A DNA stretch of 64,000 bases. Source: Bryobacteraceae bacterium. Its GTDB lineage: Bacteria; Acidobacteriota; Terriglobia; Bryobacterales; Bryobacteraceae. The position numbers and the translations under genes are program-made. The stretch is taken from contig DASXAK010000024.1 in NCBI GenBank assembly GCA_036406715.1, positions 1,617 through 65,616 of the forward strand, in the 5' to 3' direction. Shown here piece by piece: positions 18,141 through 28,500 of the stretch (positions are counted from its first letter, which is position 1; each line of letters begins with the position of its first letter). The notes under the pieces were generated by a model. It had not been told where the DNA came from and made no database searches. It worked only from the letters and a program-made list of their open reading frames with translations.

Positions 18141-20188
18141 ACTTCCTCCGGCTGCAGCTCCGAGGAGACAAAGGGAGCTTCGCAGATCCGCGCATCGCGC
18201 GTTCCACGCAGGATCCCGATCCAGGCGCGCAGTGAGTCAACCAGAATCGTGGCCACCAGGATCAGAAAGATCCCGGTGACCACCGCGTCCAGGCGGTCGT
18301 TGAAAATCAGCGTTGCCGTATTACCCGATGGGTTGGTTCGCATCGCCCTTTCGAGCTGGTTCGCGTGCGCCAGAAAGCCGAGCGCCGGCTCCGATGCGAA
18401 GATCTTCTGCCATCCGGCTGTGAACGTCGCGGCCAGCAGCCAGACCAGCGGCCCGCAGGTAATCCACATGAATTTCGGCCCGTGCATTTTGAGCAGAATG
18501 GTGGTGGCCACGCACAGCGCCACCGAAGCCAGCAATTGGTTCGAAATCCCGAATAGCGGCCACAGGGAATTGATTCCGCCCAGCGGGTCGCGCACTCCTT
18601 GTATAAGGAAATATCCCCACGCTGCACACACCACAACGCTCACCACGTTGACGCCAACCAGCCCGGTCATCTTCCGCGCCGCCGCGGTCGAGAACTGGGC
18701 GGTCAGATCCACCAGCATAAAGCGCCCGACGCGCGTTCCCGCCGCAATGATCGTCAGGATAAACAACGCTTCGAACATGATGGCGAAGTGATACCAGAAA
18801 CCCAGCACCGACGCGCCCCCGCCGCTTCGCGCGAAAATCGCAGCCATCCCGAGCGCCAGCGACGGAGCGCCGCCGGTCCGGTAGAACAATGTCTGTTCAC
18901 CCACATTCTTGGCCAGCGTAGCCATATCGGCCGTGGTCACCGGGAAACCCCAATTCGAAATCGTCGCCACTGCGGCCGCCGGCGTTGCACCCACCACACC
19001 AGCGGGCGAATTCACCGCAAAGTACACGCCCGGCTGCAGCATGCAAGCCGCGATCATCGCCATGATCGCCACGAAGCTCTCCATCAGCATCGCGCCGTAC
19101 CCTACGGGGTACGCATGCGATTCCCGGGCAATCATCTTCGGCGTCGTCCCCGATGAAATCAGCGCGTGGAAGCCCGAAACGGCTCCGCATGCAATGGTGA
19201 TGAAGCAGAACGGAAAAATCTTGCCGGCAAAGATCGGCCCGGTGCCGTCCGTGAACCGCGTAAAGGCGGGCAGTTGCAGTTCCGGCCGCACGAACAGGAT
19301 GCCAACGCCCAACGCCAGCACCACACCGAGTTTGATAAACGTGCAGAGATAGTCGCGGGGAGCCAGGAAGAGCCATACCGGCAGCGCACTCGCGAAGTAA
19401 CCATAGACGATCACTGCGATCGAAAGCCCGATTGCCCCGAACGTAAACCATGGCGCCCAGGTCGCCGATTCGGAAACCCACTGCCCGCCGAAGATGCTCG
19501 CGATCACCAGCACGACGCCCATTAGCGAGCACTCCAGCACCTTGCCCGGCCGGATCCATCGCAGATATATGCCCATCCACAGCGCGATCGGCATGGTTGC
19601 CGCGATCGTGAAGGTCCCCCACGGGCTTCCTTTGAGCGCATTTACCACCACGAGGGCAATGACCGCCAGCAGGATGATCATGATCAGCAGCACCGTCACC
19701 AGTGCGGTGAAACCGCCGACGGTGCCGACCTCCTCGCGCGCGATCTGCCCGAGCGATTTGCCGTCCCGCCGCATCGAGGCGAACAGGATCACGAAGTCCT
19801 GCACGGCGCCACCCAGCACCGCCCCGATGATGATCCACAGCGTGCCCGGCAAATATCCGAACTGCGCCGCCAGCACCGGGCCGACCAGCGGTCCCGGACC
19901 GGCAATTGCCGCAAAGTGGTGCCCGAACAGGATCCACTTGTTGGTCGGCTCGAAGTCCAGGCCGTCGCGCAGCCGCTCGGCAGGTGTGGCGCGCTTGTCG
20001 TTGAGCGCCATGACGCGCGCGGCGATGAATTTGGCGTAGAACCGGAATCCGACCGCATAGGTGCACGCCGCCGCCACCACCAGCCAGATGCTGTTAATCG
20101 GTTCGCCGTGGTTGAGGGCGATGCCGCCCAGGCAATAAGCCCCGAGCACGGCGACGGCCGCCCAGACGATGTGAGCGAGGATCTTCAC
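18137..20188 (-). CDS. cstA: Carbon starvation protein A (peptide/pyruvate transporter family)
   Basis: 683-aa polytopic protein with the typical CstA N-terminus. GTG start. Confidence 0.9.
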   Translation of the reverse strand: MKILAHIVWAAVAVLGAYCLGGIALNHGEPINSIWLVVAAACTYAVGFRFYAKFIAARVMALNDKRATPAERLRDGLDFEPTNKWILFGHHFAAIAGPGPLVGPVLAAQFGYLPGTLWIIIGAVLGGAVQDFVILFASMRRDGKSLGQIAREEVGTVGGFTALVTVLLIMIILLAVIALVVVNALKGSPWGTFTIAATMPIALWMGIYLRWIRPGKVLECSLMGVVLVIASIFGGQWVSESATWAPWFTFGAIGLSIAVIVYGYFASALPVWLFLAPRDYLCTFIKLGVVLALGVGILFVRPELQLPAFTRFTDGTGPIFAGKIFPFCFITIACGAVSGFHALISSGTTPKMIARESHAYPVGYGAMLMESFVAIMAMIAACMLQPGVYFAVNSPAGVVGATPAAAVATISNWGFPVTTADMATLAKNVGEQTLFYRTGGAPSLALGMAAIFARSGGGASVLGFWYHFAIMFEALFILTIIAAGTRVGRFMLVDLTAQFSTAAARKMTGLVGVNVVSVVVCAAWGYFLIQGVRDPLGGINSLWPLFGISNQLLASVALCVATTILLKMHGPKFMWITCGPLVWLLAATFTAGWQKIFASEPALGFLAHANQLERAMRTNPSGNTATLIFNDRLDAVVTGIFLILVATILVDSLRAWIGILRGTRDARICEAPFVSSELQPEEV

Positions 20189-20201
20189 GCCCTAGAGTCT
20201 A

Positions 20202-20987
20202 CTAAAACCGCCGTAGGCCGCGCAGCAGCGAAGCCGTGGTGCCTCCCGACGGCAGTTGCACCGAATGTAGCGGCCGCCAGCGCTCGTCCAGTGTGCCGAT
20301 GTAGGTGGCGCCCGTGCGGCTGCTCCCCATCAGAATGATCGTGTACCTTCGCTGCGGATACGTCAGGCCCCGATATTGAAGCTCGCCGCTCTCACTCAGC
20401 CAGCGATCTGCCTGCGGCTGGCCGAGCTTATTCACGACGCTGGTATAGTCGTCGCGGCTTGTCAGTTCGAGGTACGACTGATCCACCGCCGTCACGACGA
20501 CTGGCCGCTGGCGGATTTCGCCCACCCGCGTCAGGTTCACCGCGCCCCAGTAGAGCAGAATCGCCACCGCCAGAACCGCTCCGATTAGCCGAAAGATACG
20601 CCGGTCGGTGTTCGGCGGGATCCGAATGTCGACGACGGGTGCGCGGTCCACGCGTTCTGGCGCTGCAGACGACGGGGCCGTGCCTCCAACCGCCATCGGC
20701 ATCTCGATCACGCGCCGCTGAAACGGCCACACCGCTCCGGCTTTGTATTCCAACTCCTGGGTCAGCCCTACAATCAGGACCGGGTCATCGACCCTCGACA
20801 CCTCGCCCAAAAACCGGCGCGGGATCCAGATCTCTTCGCCGCTCTTGCAATTCACCACCTGGATTTCCGACCACGTCGCCTTTCGGTACAGCCACTCATT
20901 CCGCTCGATATTGATGATCGGCGGATAAAACGAGAACGGCCGCGTCGCGAGGTGATCCAAGGACGGCGGGATGGGGGGCGAGGACAT
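20202..20987 (-). CDS. Single-pass membrane hypothetical protein
   Basis: One central TM helix (IFRLIGAVLAVAILLYWGAV). Ends 13 nt upstream of cstA. No recognised family. Confidence 0.6.
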   Translation of the reverse strand: MSSPPIPPSLDHLATRPFSFYPPIINIERNEWLYRKATWSEIQVVNCKSGEEIWIPRRFLGEVSRVDDPVLIVGLTQELEYKAGAVWPFQRRVIEMPMAVGGTAPSSAAPERVDRAPVVDIRIPPNTDRRIFRLIGAVLAVAILLYWGAVNLTRVGEIRQRPVVVTAVDQSYLELTSRDDYTSVVNKLGQPQADRWLSESGELQYRGLTYPQRRYTIILMGSSRTGATYIGTLDERWRPLHSVQLPSGGTTASLLRGLRRF

Positions 20988-21009
20988 GGAAGCCCTTTCA
21001 TCGTACCGG

Positions 21010-21029
21010 AAAAGGCGCTCTGAAGCGCC
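21010..21029 (-). terminator. Rho-independent terminator (second of a tandem pair)
   Basis: Minus strand reads GGCGCT-TCAG-AGCGCC followed by TTTT. Confidence 0.5.
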
Positions 21030-21043
21030 GCCCCCAGCAGCTC

Positions 21044-21076
21044 AAAAAAAGAGGCGCCCCGCAAAGAGGCGCCTCT
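21044..21076 (-). terminator. Rho-independent terminator of receptor gene 1
   Basis: Minus strand reads AGAGGCGCC-loop-GGCGCCTCT (9-bp stem) followed by TTTTTTT, about 25 nt after the stop at 21102. Confidence 0.8.
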
Positions 21077-21101
21077 CACAGCGAGAACTAAAATGCAGCG
21101 A

Positions 21102-24100
21102 TCAGAACACGAACTTGGCGACTAGCTGCATCGTCCGTGAATTGCTCGAGAAGTTGTTAGGCCATTGCGCAAACGACGAGCTCGCCGGCTGCAGGAAGAT
21201 ATTCGTCGTGATCTGCGAAGTCAGCCGTATGGAATTAATGTACCCCGCAGTGTATTGGGCGTGGTTGAAGATGTTCGAAGCATCGGCTCGAATTTCGAAA
21301 GACTTCGACTCGCCTAGATTGAATCTCTTTGCGAGCGACAGATCGAAATTGTTGATGCCGGGCATGCCCAGGGTATTGCGGCCCGCGTTCGGCAGAGCAC
21401 CGAAGTTTGCCTTGATGTAGCGGGCATTCGGGTTCTTGGCCAGATACGCCACCGTATCTCCAGCGGAGTTCCTGAGAGCCGTCACGTCGCTGCCTACATC
21501 GGCAGTGCCCGACGGATTGATGATGGTGCGGTCCACGGTGTCTCCGTTGAGGTTGGCATCCGCCTGGCTTTGCGGCGTGACCAGTTCGCCGGTCTCGGCC
21601 GTGTACGTCCCAACGAACCGCCAGTTGCCAATGAGGTTCTTGGCGAACCAGCTATTGGCATCCTTCATCCACGGGGTGTCCCACAGCCAGCTCACGGTGA
21701 GGCGGTTGCGGCGATCCAGAGCGGACGAGGCTTTCTCCACTGCAATGTTGCGGAAATCCTGCGGCCGGCGCGGCGACAGGATGGTCGAGAAATGCGTGGC
21801 GGTGCTGTTGTCGATGTTATGGCTCCAGGTGTACGCGCCCACCATCTGGAATCCATGCGTGAAGCGCCGCGTCATTTGCACGGCCAGGCCGTTGTAATTG
21901 GAACTGCCCCACGGCATGAATCCCACCACTGCCGCACTGTTAAACCCGGTGTTGGCGAACGCTGGAACGAAGCGCGAGAGAGAGTTGATATCGGTCACCG
22001 CTGCGGAAGTCGCTGAACCGTAGGACCACCGCAGCGCATCCAGCGTCGCCTGCGAGGGAGCCTGCAGGTACGTCGGCAGGTAGCGGTCGGACGTCACTTT
22101 GTTCTGAATATTGAGCCGGTTCTGCGTGATCAGGTGATAGCCGTGGCTGCCGAGGTATCGGACTTCCAGCGTGTAGTCGTTGTGGAAAACATGCTGCACA
22201 CCGACGTTCCACTGAACGGAAGTGGGTGGAATCTGATTCGGCAGATAGCTCGATGTGGCTGCCCGCGCGTCGGCCTGGTTCAAATTGCCGCCGCCAGACA
22301 GGCTGCCCGGCCGGATGCCGCCATTGGCCAGGAACGGCGTCTTGAAGACGGTTGGGTAGTTGTTGGCATCGTAAGTCGAGCTCAACTGCGGAGGATAGGC
22401 CGTGCTGCCGACATTATCGAAAATCACGTCGTAGGCCATCCCGAATCCCGCGCGGATTGAGGTGTGGCCGCTGCTGCCCGGCGAATACGCGATGCCCAAG
22501 CGCGGCGCGAACGCGTGGTTGAACGTCGCCGGCGCGTCAAACGTGATCACTCCAGGCGCATCGGATATCTTGTTTAGCGATTGGTAGGTCATCCCAATCG
22601 GAACCGTCGTGCGTTCCCATCGGACGCCCAGGTTGACGGTCAGATTCTTCTTCACGCGCCACGCGTCGTTGCCGTAGAGGTATGTGGCCCATTGATTGCC
22701 GTAGTAGCTCGTGCTGCCCAGATTGCGCTGCGCCTGATCGCTCGCCACCTGGTCGAGCAGGAACTCCTCGATGGTGGCGTAGTCGTAGTCCCCGCGTTCC
22801 CTCTGGATGAAGTGCTGCGGCGAGATCGAGTTCCGGCCGTCAAATCCGAATTTGAACGTATGTTTTCCCTTCGTCCAGTTGATGTTCTCGACCAATTGAT
22901 ACGTGTTCTGGATGGCATACTGCGGCGCGTTTGGATCCGGCCCCACTTGAAGTCCCAGGTCGTTGTCGAATTGGAGGTTCGGAAATGCATCCAAACCCGG
23001 GAATTTGTCGTTCGTGATCGTAAAGAACTGGCTGAACCGGTTATAGGCGACGCGCAGTTCGTTCGTTACGCTGGGAGAAAACGTATGGTAATCGGCCAGA
23101 GACACCAGATAGTACCGTTGGGGCAGCGTCGTCCAGAAATAGGGCAGGTTCGCTGCATTGTCCAGCGAATCGCTGCGGTTCCAGATGAACCGGCCACGTA
23201 TCTGATCCTTGTCCGAGAGGTTGTAGTCCAGGCTGGTGACTGCGGTGTAGTAATTGTTGAAGAACGAGCCGGAGATCGGAAGCACGCCGATCGGGATGTT
23301 GACGCCATTGACAGTCGTGTGATCGTTGGCCACCGGTGCGGCGGGGACATACTGCTTGAAGATGTTGTAATTGGTCTTCGACAGCGTAGTCATCTGGTCC
23401 AGCAGGGCAAAGCCCGCGGCCGTAGGAGCGGACACCGGGCTGCCCGGAGTATAGGCTTGGCCTAGAGGACCGTATTCGAAATTGCCGAAGTAGAACAGCT
23501 TGTCTTTCTTGATGGGACCGCCAACAGTGGCGCCCAGCTTGTTCTGGTCGAATCGCGGAAGTTCACGGATTCCGGAGTTGACGTACTGCGCATCCACCGC
23601 GTTCAAGTTGCGGTTCTGAAAATACTCGTATAGGGACCCGTGGATCTGATTGCTGCCGCTCTTGACGATCGTATTGAATTGTCCGCCGGTAGAGTGTCCG
23701 AATTCTGCGCTGAACTGGTTCTGCAGCAGCGTGAATTCGGCGGTGGCCTCGGTTGGGACGTAGACCAAAGGGCCGGTAATAGTCTTGTTATTGTTGTCCA
23801 CGCCCTCGATCATGAAATTGTTGTTCATCGGCCGCTGGCCGCCGACTGAAGGCCCTGTGCCTTGGCCGACGCCGCCGTTGCTGGATACGCCGGAACTCAA
23901 CAGAGAAAGCTGCAGCGCGCCGAAATTCCCTTGTGCGTTCTCGATGATCGGCAGATTGACGATTTGGTTCGACTCGAACGAGCTTCCAACCTGGGCGGTG
24001 GTGGTGTCGATCGCCGCTGCCGCCTCGCTCACTTCCACTGTGGCGGTCACGCTGCCGACTTGAAGCGTTACGTTCGCAGTCAGAGTCTTGTTCAGCTCGA

Positions 24101-24389
24101 CAGTAAGATTGCTGATAGTCGCATTGGAAAACCCCGATGCACTCGCGGTCAGACTGTACCGGCCCACCGGAATGTTATTGAACCGGTATTCGCCTCCGCT
24201 GCTGGTCTTCGACTCGGTTTTGATGCCCGTGGCGACATTGGTAATGACAACGTTCGCATTCGGCACCATGCCGCCGCTCGCGTCGACTACAGTGCCGACG
24301 AGGTTGCCGTCGGTTGCCTGGCCGAAGGACAAAGGCGCCAAGCCCGCCAAGACAATGGCGCAGACAAGGCATGTCAAAAACTTGTTCAT
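21102..24389 (-). CDS. TonB-dependent receptor with N-terminal CarboxypepD_reg-like domain (receptor 1)
   Basis: Signal peptide MNKFLTCLVCAIVLAGLAPLSFGQA, then GTVVDASGG...GEYRFNNIPVGRYSL beta-sandwich, plug-like GGQRPMNNNFMIEGVDNN, long beta-barrel ending KFVF. Start trimmed to ATG 24389 behind GAGGAGGAA. Confidence 0.85.
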   Translation of the reverse strand: MNKFLTCLVCAIVLAGLAPLSFGQATDGNLVGTVVDASGGMVPNANVVITNVATGIKTESKTSSGGEYRFNNIPVGRYSLTASASGFSNATISNLTVELNKTLTANVTLQVGSVTATVEVSEAAAAIDTTTAQVGSSFESNQIVNLPIIENAQGNFGALQLSLLSSGVSSNGGVGQGTGPSVGGQRPMNNNFMIEGVDNNNKTITGPLVYVPTEATAEFTLLQNQFSAEFGHSTGGQFNTIVKSGSNQIHGSLYEYFQNRNLNAVDAQYVNSGIRELPRFDQNKLGATVGGPIKKDKLFYFGNFEYGPLGQAYTPGSPVSAPTAAGFALLDQMTTLSKTNYNIFKQYVPAAPVANDHTTVNGVNIPIGVLPISGSFFNNYYTAVTSLDYNLSDKDQIRGRFIWNRSDSLDNAANLPYFWTTLPQRYYLVSLADYHTFSPSVTNELRVAYNRFSQFFTITNDKFPGLDAFPNLQFDNDLGLQVGPDPNAPQYAIQNTYQLVENINWTKGKHTFKFGFDGRNSISPQHFIQRERGDYDYATIEEFLLDQVASDQAQRNLGSTSYYGNQWATYLYGNDAWRVKKNLTVNLGVRWERTTVPIGMTYQSLNKISDAPGVITFDAPATFNHAFAPRLGIAYSPGSSGHTSIRAGFGMAYDVIFDNVGSTAYPPQLSSTYDANNYPTVFKTPFLANGGIRPGSLSGGGNLNQADARAATSSYLPNQIPPTSVQWNVGVQHVFHNDYTLEVRYLGSHGYHLITQNRLNIQNKVTSDRYLPTYLQAPSQATLDALRWSYGSATSAAVTDINSLSRFVPAFANTGFNSAAVVGFMPWGSSNYNGLAVQMTRRFTHGFQMVGAYTWSHNIDNSTATHFSTILSPRRPQDFRNIAVEKASSALDRRNRLTVSWLWDTPWMKDANSWFAKNLIGNWRFVGTYTAETGELVTPQSQADANLNGDTVDRTIINPSGTADVGSDVTALRNSAGDTVAYLAKNPNARYIKANFGALPNAGRNTLGMPGINNFDLSLAKRFNLGESKSFEIRADASNIFNHAQYTAGYINSIRLTSQITTNIFLQPASSSFAQWPNNFSSNSRTMQLVAKFVF

Positions 24390-24711
24390 ATTCCTCCTCG
24401 ATTTCCGATTCACCTTCCAGGGATCCGCCCGGAATTTTATTTCGGAGCGGCCGGCGGAGGGCCTGTGTGCAGACAAGCGACTCTCAGCGGCTGCAATATC
24501 TCGTTGACACCGTGGCTCATGCACGCGGCGGACCAGTTCGGATGGCCTGCTAAGACACTGAATTTACGGAGGATATAGGATCGGCCGGACGGGCATAACT
24601 TTAAAGAGTTGTAGGTCCTTTAGTGGTAAATACGGCCAGGTGTCGCAATTCTCCCCTAAGCTACTGTAATCACAAAGAGATATATCGGCTATTAAAATCT
24701 GTATAGGTGAA

Positions 24712-25417
24712 TTACGTCTTAACGGACCCAAGTAGGCCAAAATGATCTTCTTCTACTCGCCCATGGGACAAAATCGCCGGGCAGCCCTGGTCAGTGGAGC
24801 GGGCCTCCCGGCGAAAATCGAATTCATCTGCCGTCAATTCCGCGGCAGTGAACGACTCCTTACCGAGCCCACTCGTTCCGTGCCGCCGTGTCCGCGCCAG
24901 GATGTGGTAGAGCTCGTGCACGACCACCCGGCCGAGCGCCCGTCCAAAAATTGAACGCGCCTGCTTTGCCCCATCGAAGCCAGCATTGGCGCCAGATACG
25001 CGCGGAGCGCATCGCAATGGATTTCGGCATAGGGGATCACCTGGCCGTCAATCACCCAGGTATGTCCAAATTCCCAAGGATGCGGCGGAGGCATCTTCAA
25101 GTCGGAAACGCCGCAATGCCCGCTGAAGTCGACGGTCGCAACCTCGTTCCATCGTTACTCAACAAGGCGCCAGGTGGTGGGCGCCATCTCGCCGCGATTC
25201 CAACGGGGTTCACGGCGGCCTCCAGTTCCTCTCGAAGTGCCTCACGAACTGCTGCTGGAGGCGCATGCTGAAAATGGGCATACAGCCCCAACTGGATCCG
25301 GCCCGGCTCCGGATTCCTCCCACAAGGCGCGGGCGCACGCAGCATCAGGATCAGGAACACTGGACTCACACTGCCGCTTTCGGTCGCGAGCGCCGCACGG
25401 CTTACTCTAGAGCGCAT
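24712..25417 (-). pseudogene. Frameshifted paralog of the HExxH-x7-H protein at 29135-29863
   Basis: The homology runs through three frames.
- 25417-25155: EPGRIQLGLYAHF...
- 25155-24975: RWNEVATVDFSGHC...PHPWEFGHTWVIDGQVIPYAEIHCD...
- 24975-24712: SIFGRALGRVVVHELYHILARTRRHG...
Each segment is colinear with the intact copy. Confidence 0.75.
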
Positions 25418-25436
25418 GGGCGATCCACAAACACGA

Positions 25437-25465
25437 TTAATATAAGACTCTTATATCCATAATGC
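25437..25465 (-). promoter_or_regulatory. Sigma70-like promoter TTGCAT-N17-TATATT with an embedded palindrome
   Basis: Minus strand: TTGCAT (25465-25460), 17-nt spacer, TATATT (25442-25437). The palindrome ATATAAGA-C-TCTTATAT (25438-25454) overlaps the spacer and the -10 box. Confidence 0.5.
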
Positions 25466-25496
25466 AACAAACGAAAATGAGTAACGGGGATATAAG

Positions 25497-25525
25497 AAAA
25501 AGGCCGGACTCTGGCGAGTCCGGCC
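25497..25525 (-). terminator. Rho-independent terminator of receptor gene 2
   Basis: Minus strand reads GGCCGGACT-loop-AGTCCGGCC (9-bp stem) followed by TTTTT, about 27 nt after the stop at 25552. Confidence 0.8.
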
Positions 25526-25551
25526 CGGAGAAGCAAACGAACTGGAGCCCT

Positions 25552-28500
25552 CTAGAACGTGATGTGCGCGACGATTTGGGCGGTACGCGCGTTGTTCGAG
25601 AAGTATCCCTTGTAATTGCCAAAATCCGCATTCCTCGCGGTCAGGAAAGCGGTGCTGACCGAAGCGGTGCTGAACGGCGCGACGTCGTTCAGGTAGCCGC
25701 CGACGAACTGGGAGTGATTGAACAGGTTGAACGCCTGAACGCCCAGGTCGAACCGGATTCGCTCGGTAAGGTTCACACGCTTCATCAGCGCCGCGTCGAC
25801 GTTGTTGGTGTGGTCCAGCGGCAGGGTATTGCGGCCGCTATTGGACAGTGCGCCAAGCCCGGCGGAGATATAGCGAGCGTTGGGATTATTGGCGACGTAG
25901 GCCACGATCGATTTGCACGGCGCACCGGCGGCGCAGGTGGTGGCCGCCGGTACCGCTACCCCGGCTGCCGTGTAGCCTGTAACGTCGCTTCCGATGTTCA
26001 CCGATCCGGCCGGGTTGATGATCGCCCGATCCAGGGAATCGCCGTTCAGGTTGGAATCGATGCCGCTTTGCACCACCGCGTATTCGGGTGATTGATAGGT
26101 GTAGGTGCCGGAAATGTTCCAGTTACCGACCACGTTCTTCAGCAGCCAGCTCTTTCCCTGGAAAGGCTTGAAGTCGTAGATCGGCGTGATCGTGAACCGC
26201 TGGCGGCGGTCCAGGGCCGAGGACGCCCATTCCGCTCGCATGTTCTGGTAATCCTGCGCGCGCCTCGGCGACAGAATGGTCGAGAAGTTAGTCGCTGTGG
26301 CATCGTCGAATGCATGGCTCCAGGTATAGGCAACGATCATCGAGAAATCCTTCGAATAGCGTTTGGTGAGTTGCAGCGCCAGCCCGTTGTAACGTGAGTT
26401 GCCCCAGGGCCTATACCCCACGATGTTATTGGGGAACCCGTAGGGGGCGAGGAAGTTGCGCTGGATATTCTGGAGAGATCCCAGCGTCGTCGTCATTCCC
26501 GCCAGGGTCGCCGCCGAAGGCGCCGAAAGGAACGTAGGAATGTAGCTGGTCGGCGTCACCGGGGAGATGACGTTCAGACGAGTTTGATTCCACAGGTGCA
26601 CACCCTTGGTGTAAACATAACGGGCTTCCAGCGTGTAGTCGTGCCCGAGCAGCCTCTGAACGCCGATGGTGCCGTTGAGGGCGTAGGGCCTGGTTTGGTC
26701 GAAGGTGTAGGTCGAGATCGCGGCGCGTGCGGCAGCCGGTGTCAGGACACCCGGCGCGACGTAGTTCAAACCGCCATTCTTGAGGAAGTCCGTGGGTGGA
26801 GTGGTCGGATTGACATCGACCGTGGTCGCAAAGTAGGCCGGCGACGCGTTCTGGTTCAGATTGATATAGGTGTTCGCGAAGGACCGGCTGACGCCGCCCC
26901 GGATTGACCATACGCCGCGGCTGCCCGGCGAGTAAGCGAAACCGATGCGCGGCGACCACTCGTTCGGATTGGATTTGGGCGAGGCGAACGTGAGCACGCC
27001 CGGCACGTCGGCTGGCGAGCTCAACGCCTGGTACCGGGAACCGACTGGTATCGTGACGTACTCGTAACGCACGCCGAGGTTCAGCGTCAGGTTCGGCCGC
27101 ACGCGAAAATCGTCATTCACAAAGAACGCATGCTCCAGGTGTCCAAACGGCACGCCGTTGGTGGCGCCCACGGTGCGTTCGCCGCTGTTGGGCGTCCCGA
27201 ACAGGCCGCCTGACGGCACGCGGTCCAGCAAGAACTCCTCGAGGCTTGTGTAGTCGTAGTCGCCGCGGACGCGCTGCACGAAATAACCGGAGAGGATGAC
27301 GTCGACTAACGAATACCCGGCCTTGATCGTATGCCGTCCCCACGACTTCGTGATGTTCTCCTGCAGTTGCGCAGTATTCTCGATTGAGCCGGTCGGGGTG
27401 TTCGGATCGGGGCCGATTTGCAGCGTGAGGTCATCGACCGAAATATTGGGGAACACGCTCAAACCCGGGAAGTCGTAGTTTCCGGCGCCGATGTTCTGGT
27501 TGTTGCGCTTATATGAAAGGCGCAACTCGTTTTCCAGCGTCGGGGAGAAAGTGTGAAATTCCGAAATCGAGATGGCCTTGCTGATATTGGGGTTGGGTTG
27601 ATAGAAGATGGGCAGGTTGGCGTTGAAATCAATGCCCGTCGAATTGGCGTATATGAAACGCCCGCGCAGCTGATCCTTCTCGCTGATGTTATAGTCCACC
27701 GCCGCCACTGCGTCGTACTGATTGTTGTAGTTGGCCGAGGCGAACGAGAGCGGGCCATTCGGAATGTTGACCCCATTCACCGTAACCACGTTCGTTGGGT
27801 CTGCCGTGCCCGCCACGGGAACGTACTTTGTGAAAACACCCAGGTTCGTCTTGCTCAGATTGCTCATGCTGTTGAGCAGTGCGAGGCCCGCGCTGGTGGG
27901 CGCGAATACCGCGCTGGCCGGTTGCGAGGCCTGTCCCAGCGGTGCGTATTCGAAATCGCCAAAATAGAACAGCTTATCTTTCTTGATCGGACCGCCGATC
28001 GAAGCGCCGAGGCGATTCTGGTCAAAGCGCGGCAGCGAATAGATCCCCTGGTGCGTATTGTTGGCATCGACCGCGTCCAGTTTGCGGTTCTGCATGTACT
28101 CATAAACCGAGCCATGGATGTCATTGGTGCCGCTCTTGACGATCACGTTGAACACACCGCCCGAGCCGCCGCCGAATTCAGCGCTGAACTGATTCTGCAC
28201 CACATTGAATTGCGAGATCGCTTCGTTGGAAATGAAGACCTGCGGGCCCGTCGTATAGTGATCGTCGTTCAGGACGCCGTCGATGTTGAAGCTGTTGTTC
28301 TCGGGACGCTGGCCGCCGATCGAAGGACCCGTGCCTTGGCCGACTCCGCCGGAGGAACTAACGCCCGCTCCGACCAGGCTCAGGTTCCAGATCCCGGACG
28401 TGCCGATTACGTGGGCGACTCCCGCCATGGGCACATCTACCGCTAAGCGCGAATCGAAGTTCGTCTGCAGTTGGGCGGTCGAGGTGTCGATGAGCGCGGT

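Noticed and set aside
18897-20066. 389-aa minus-strand ORF in another frame of cstA
   Set aside because: Same strand but an alternate frame of a clearly polytopic transporter. Its composition is Arg/Gly-rich, not that of a membrane protein.
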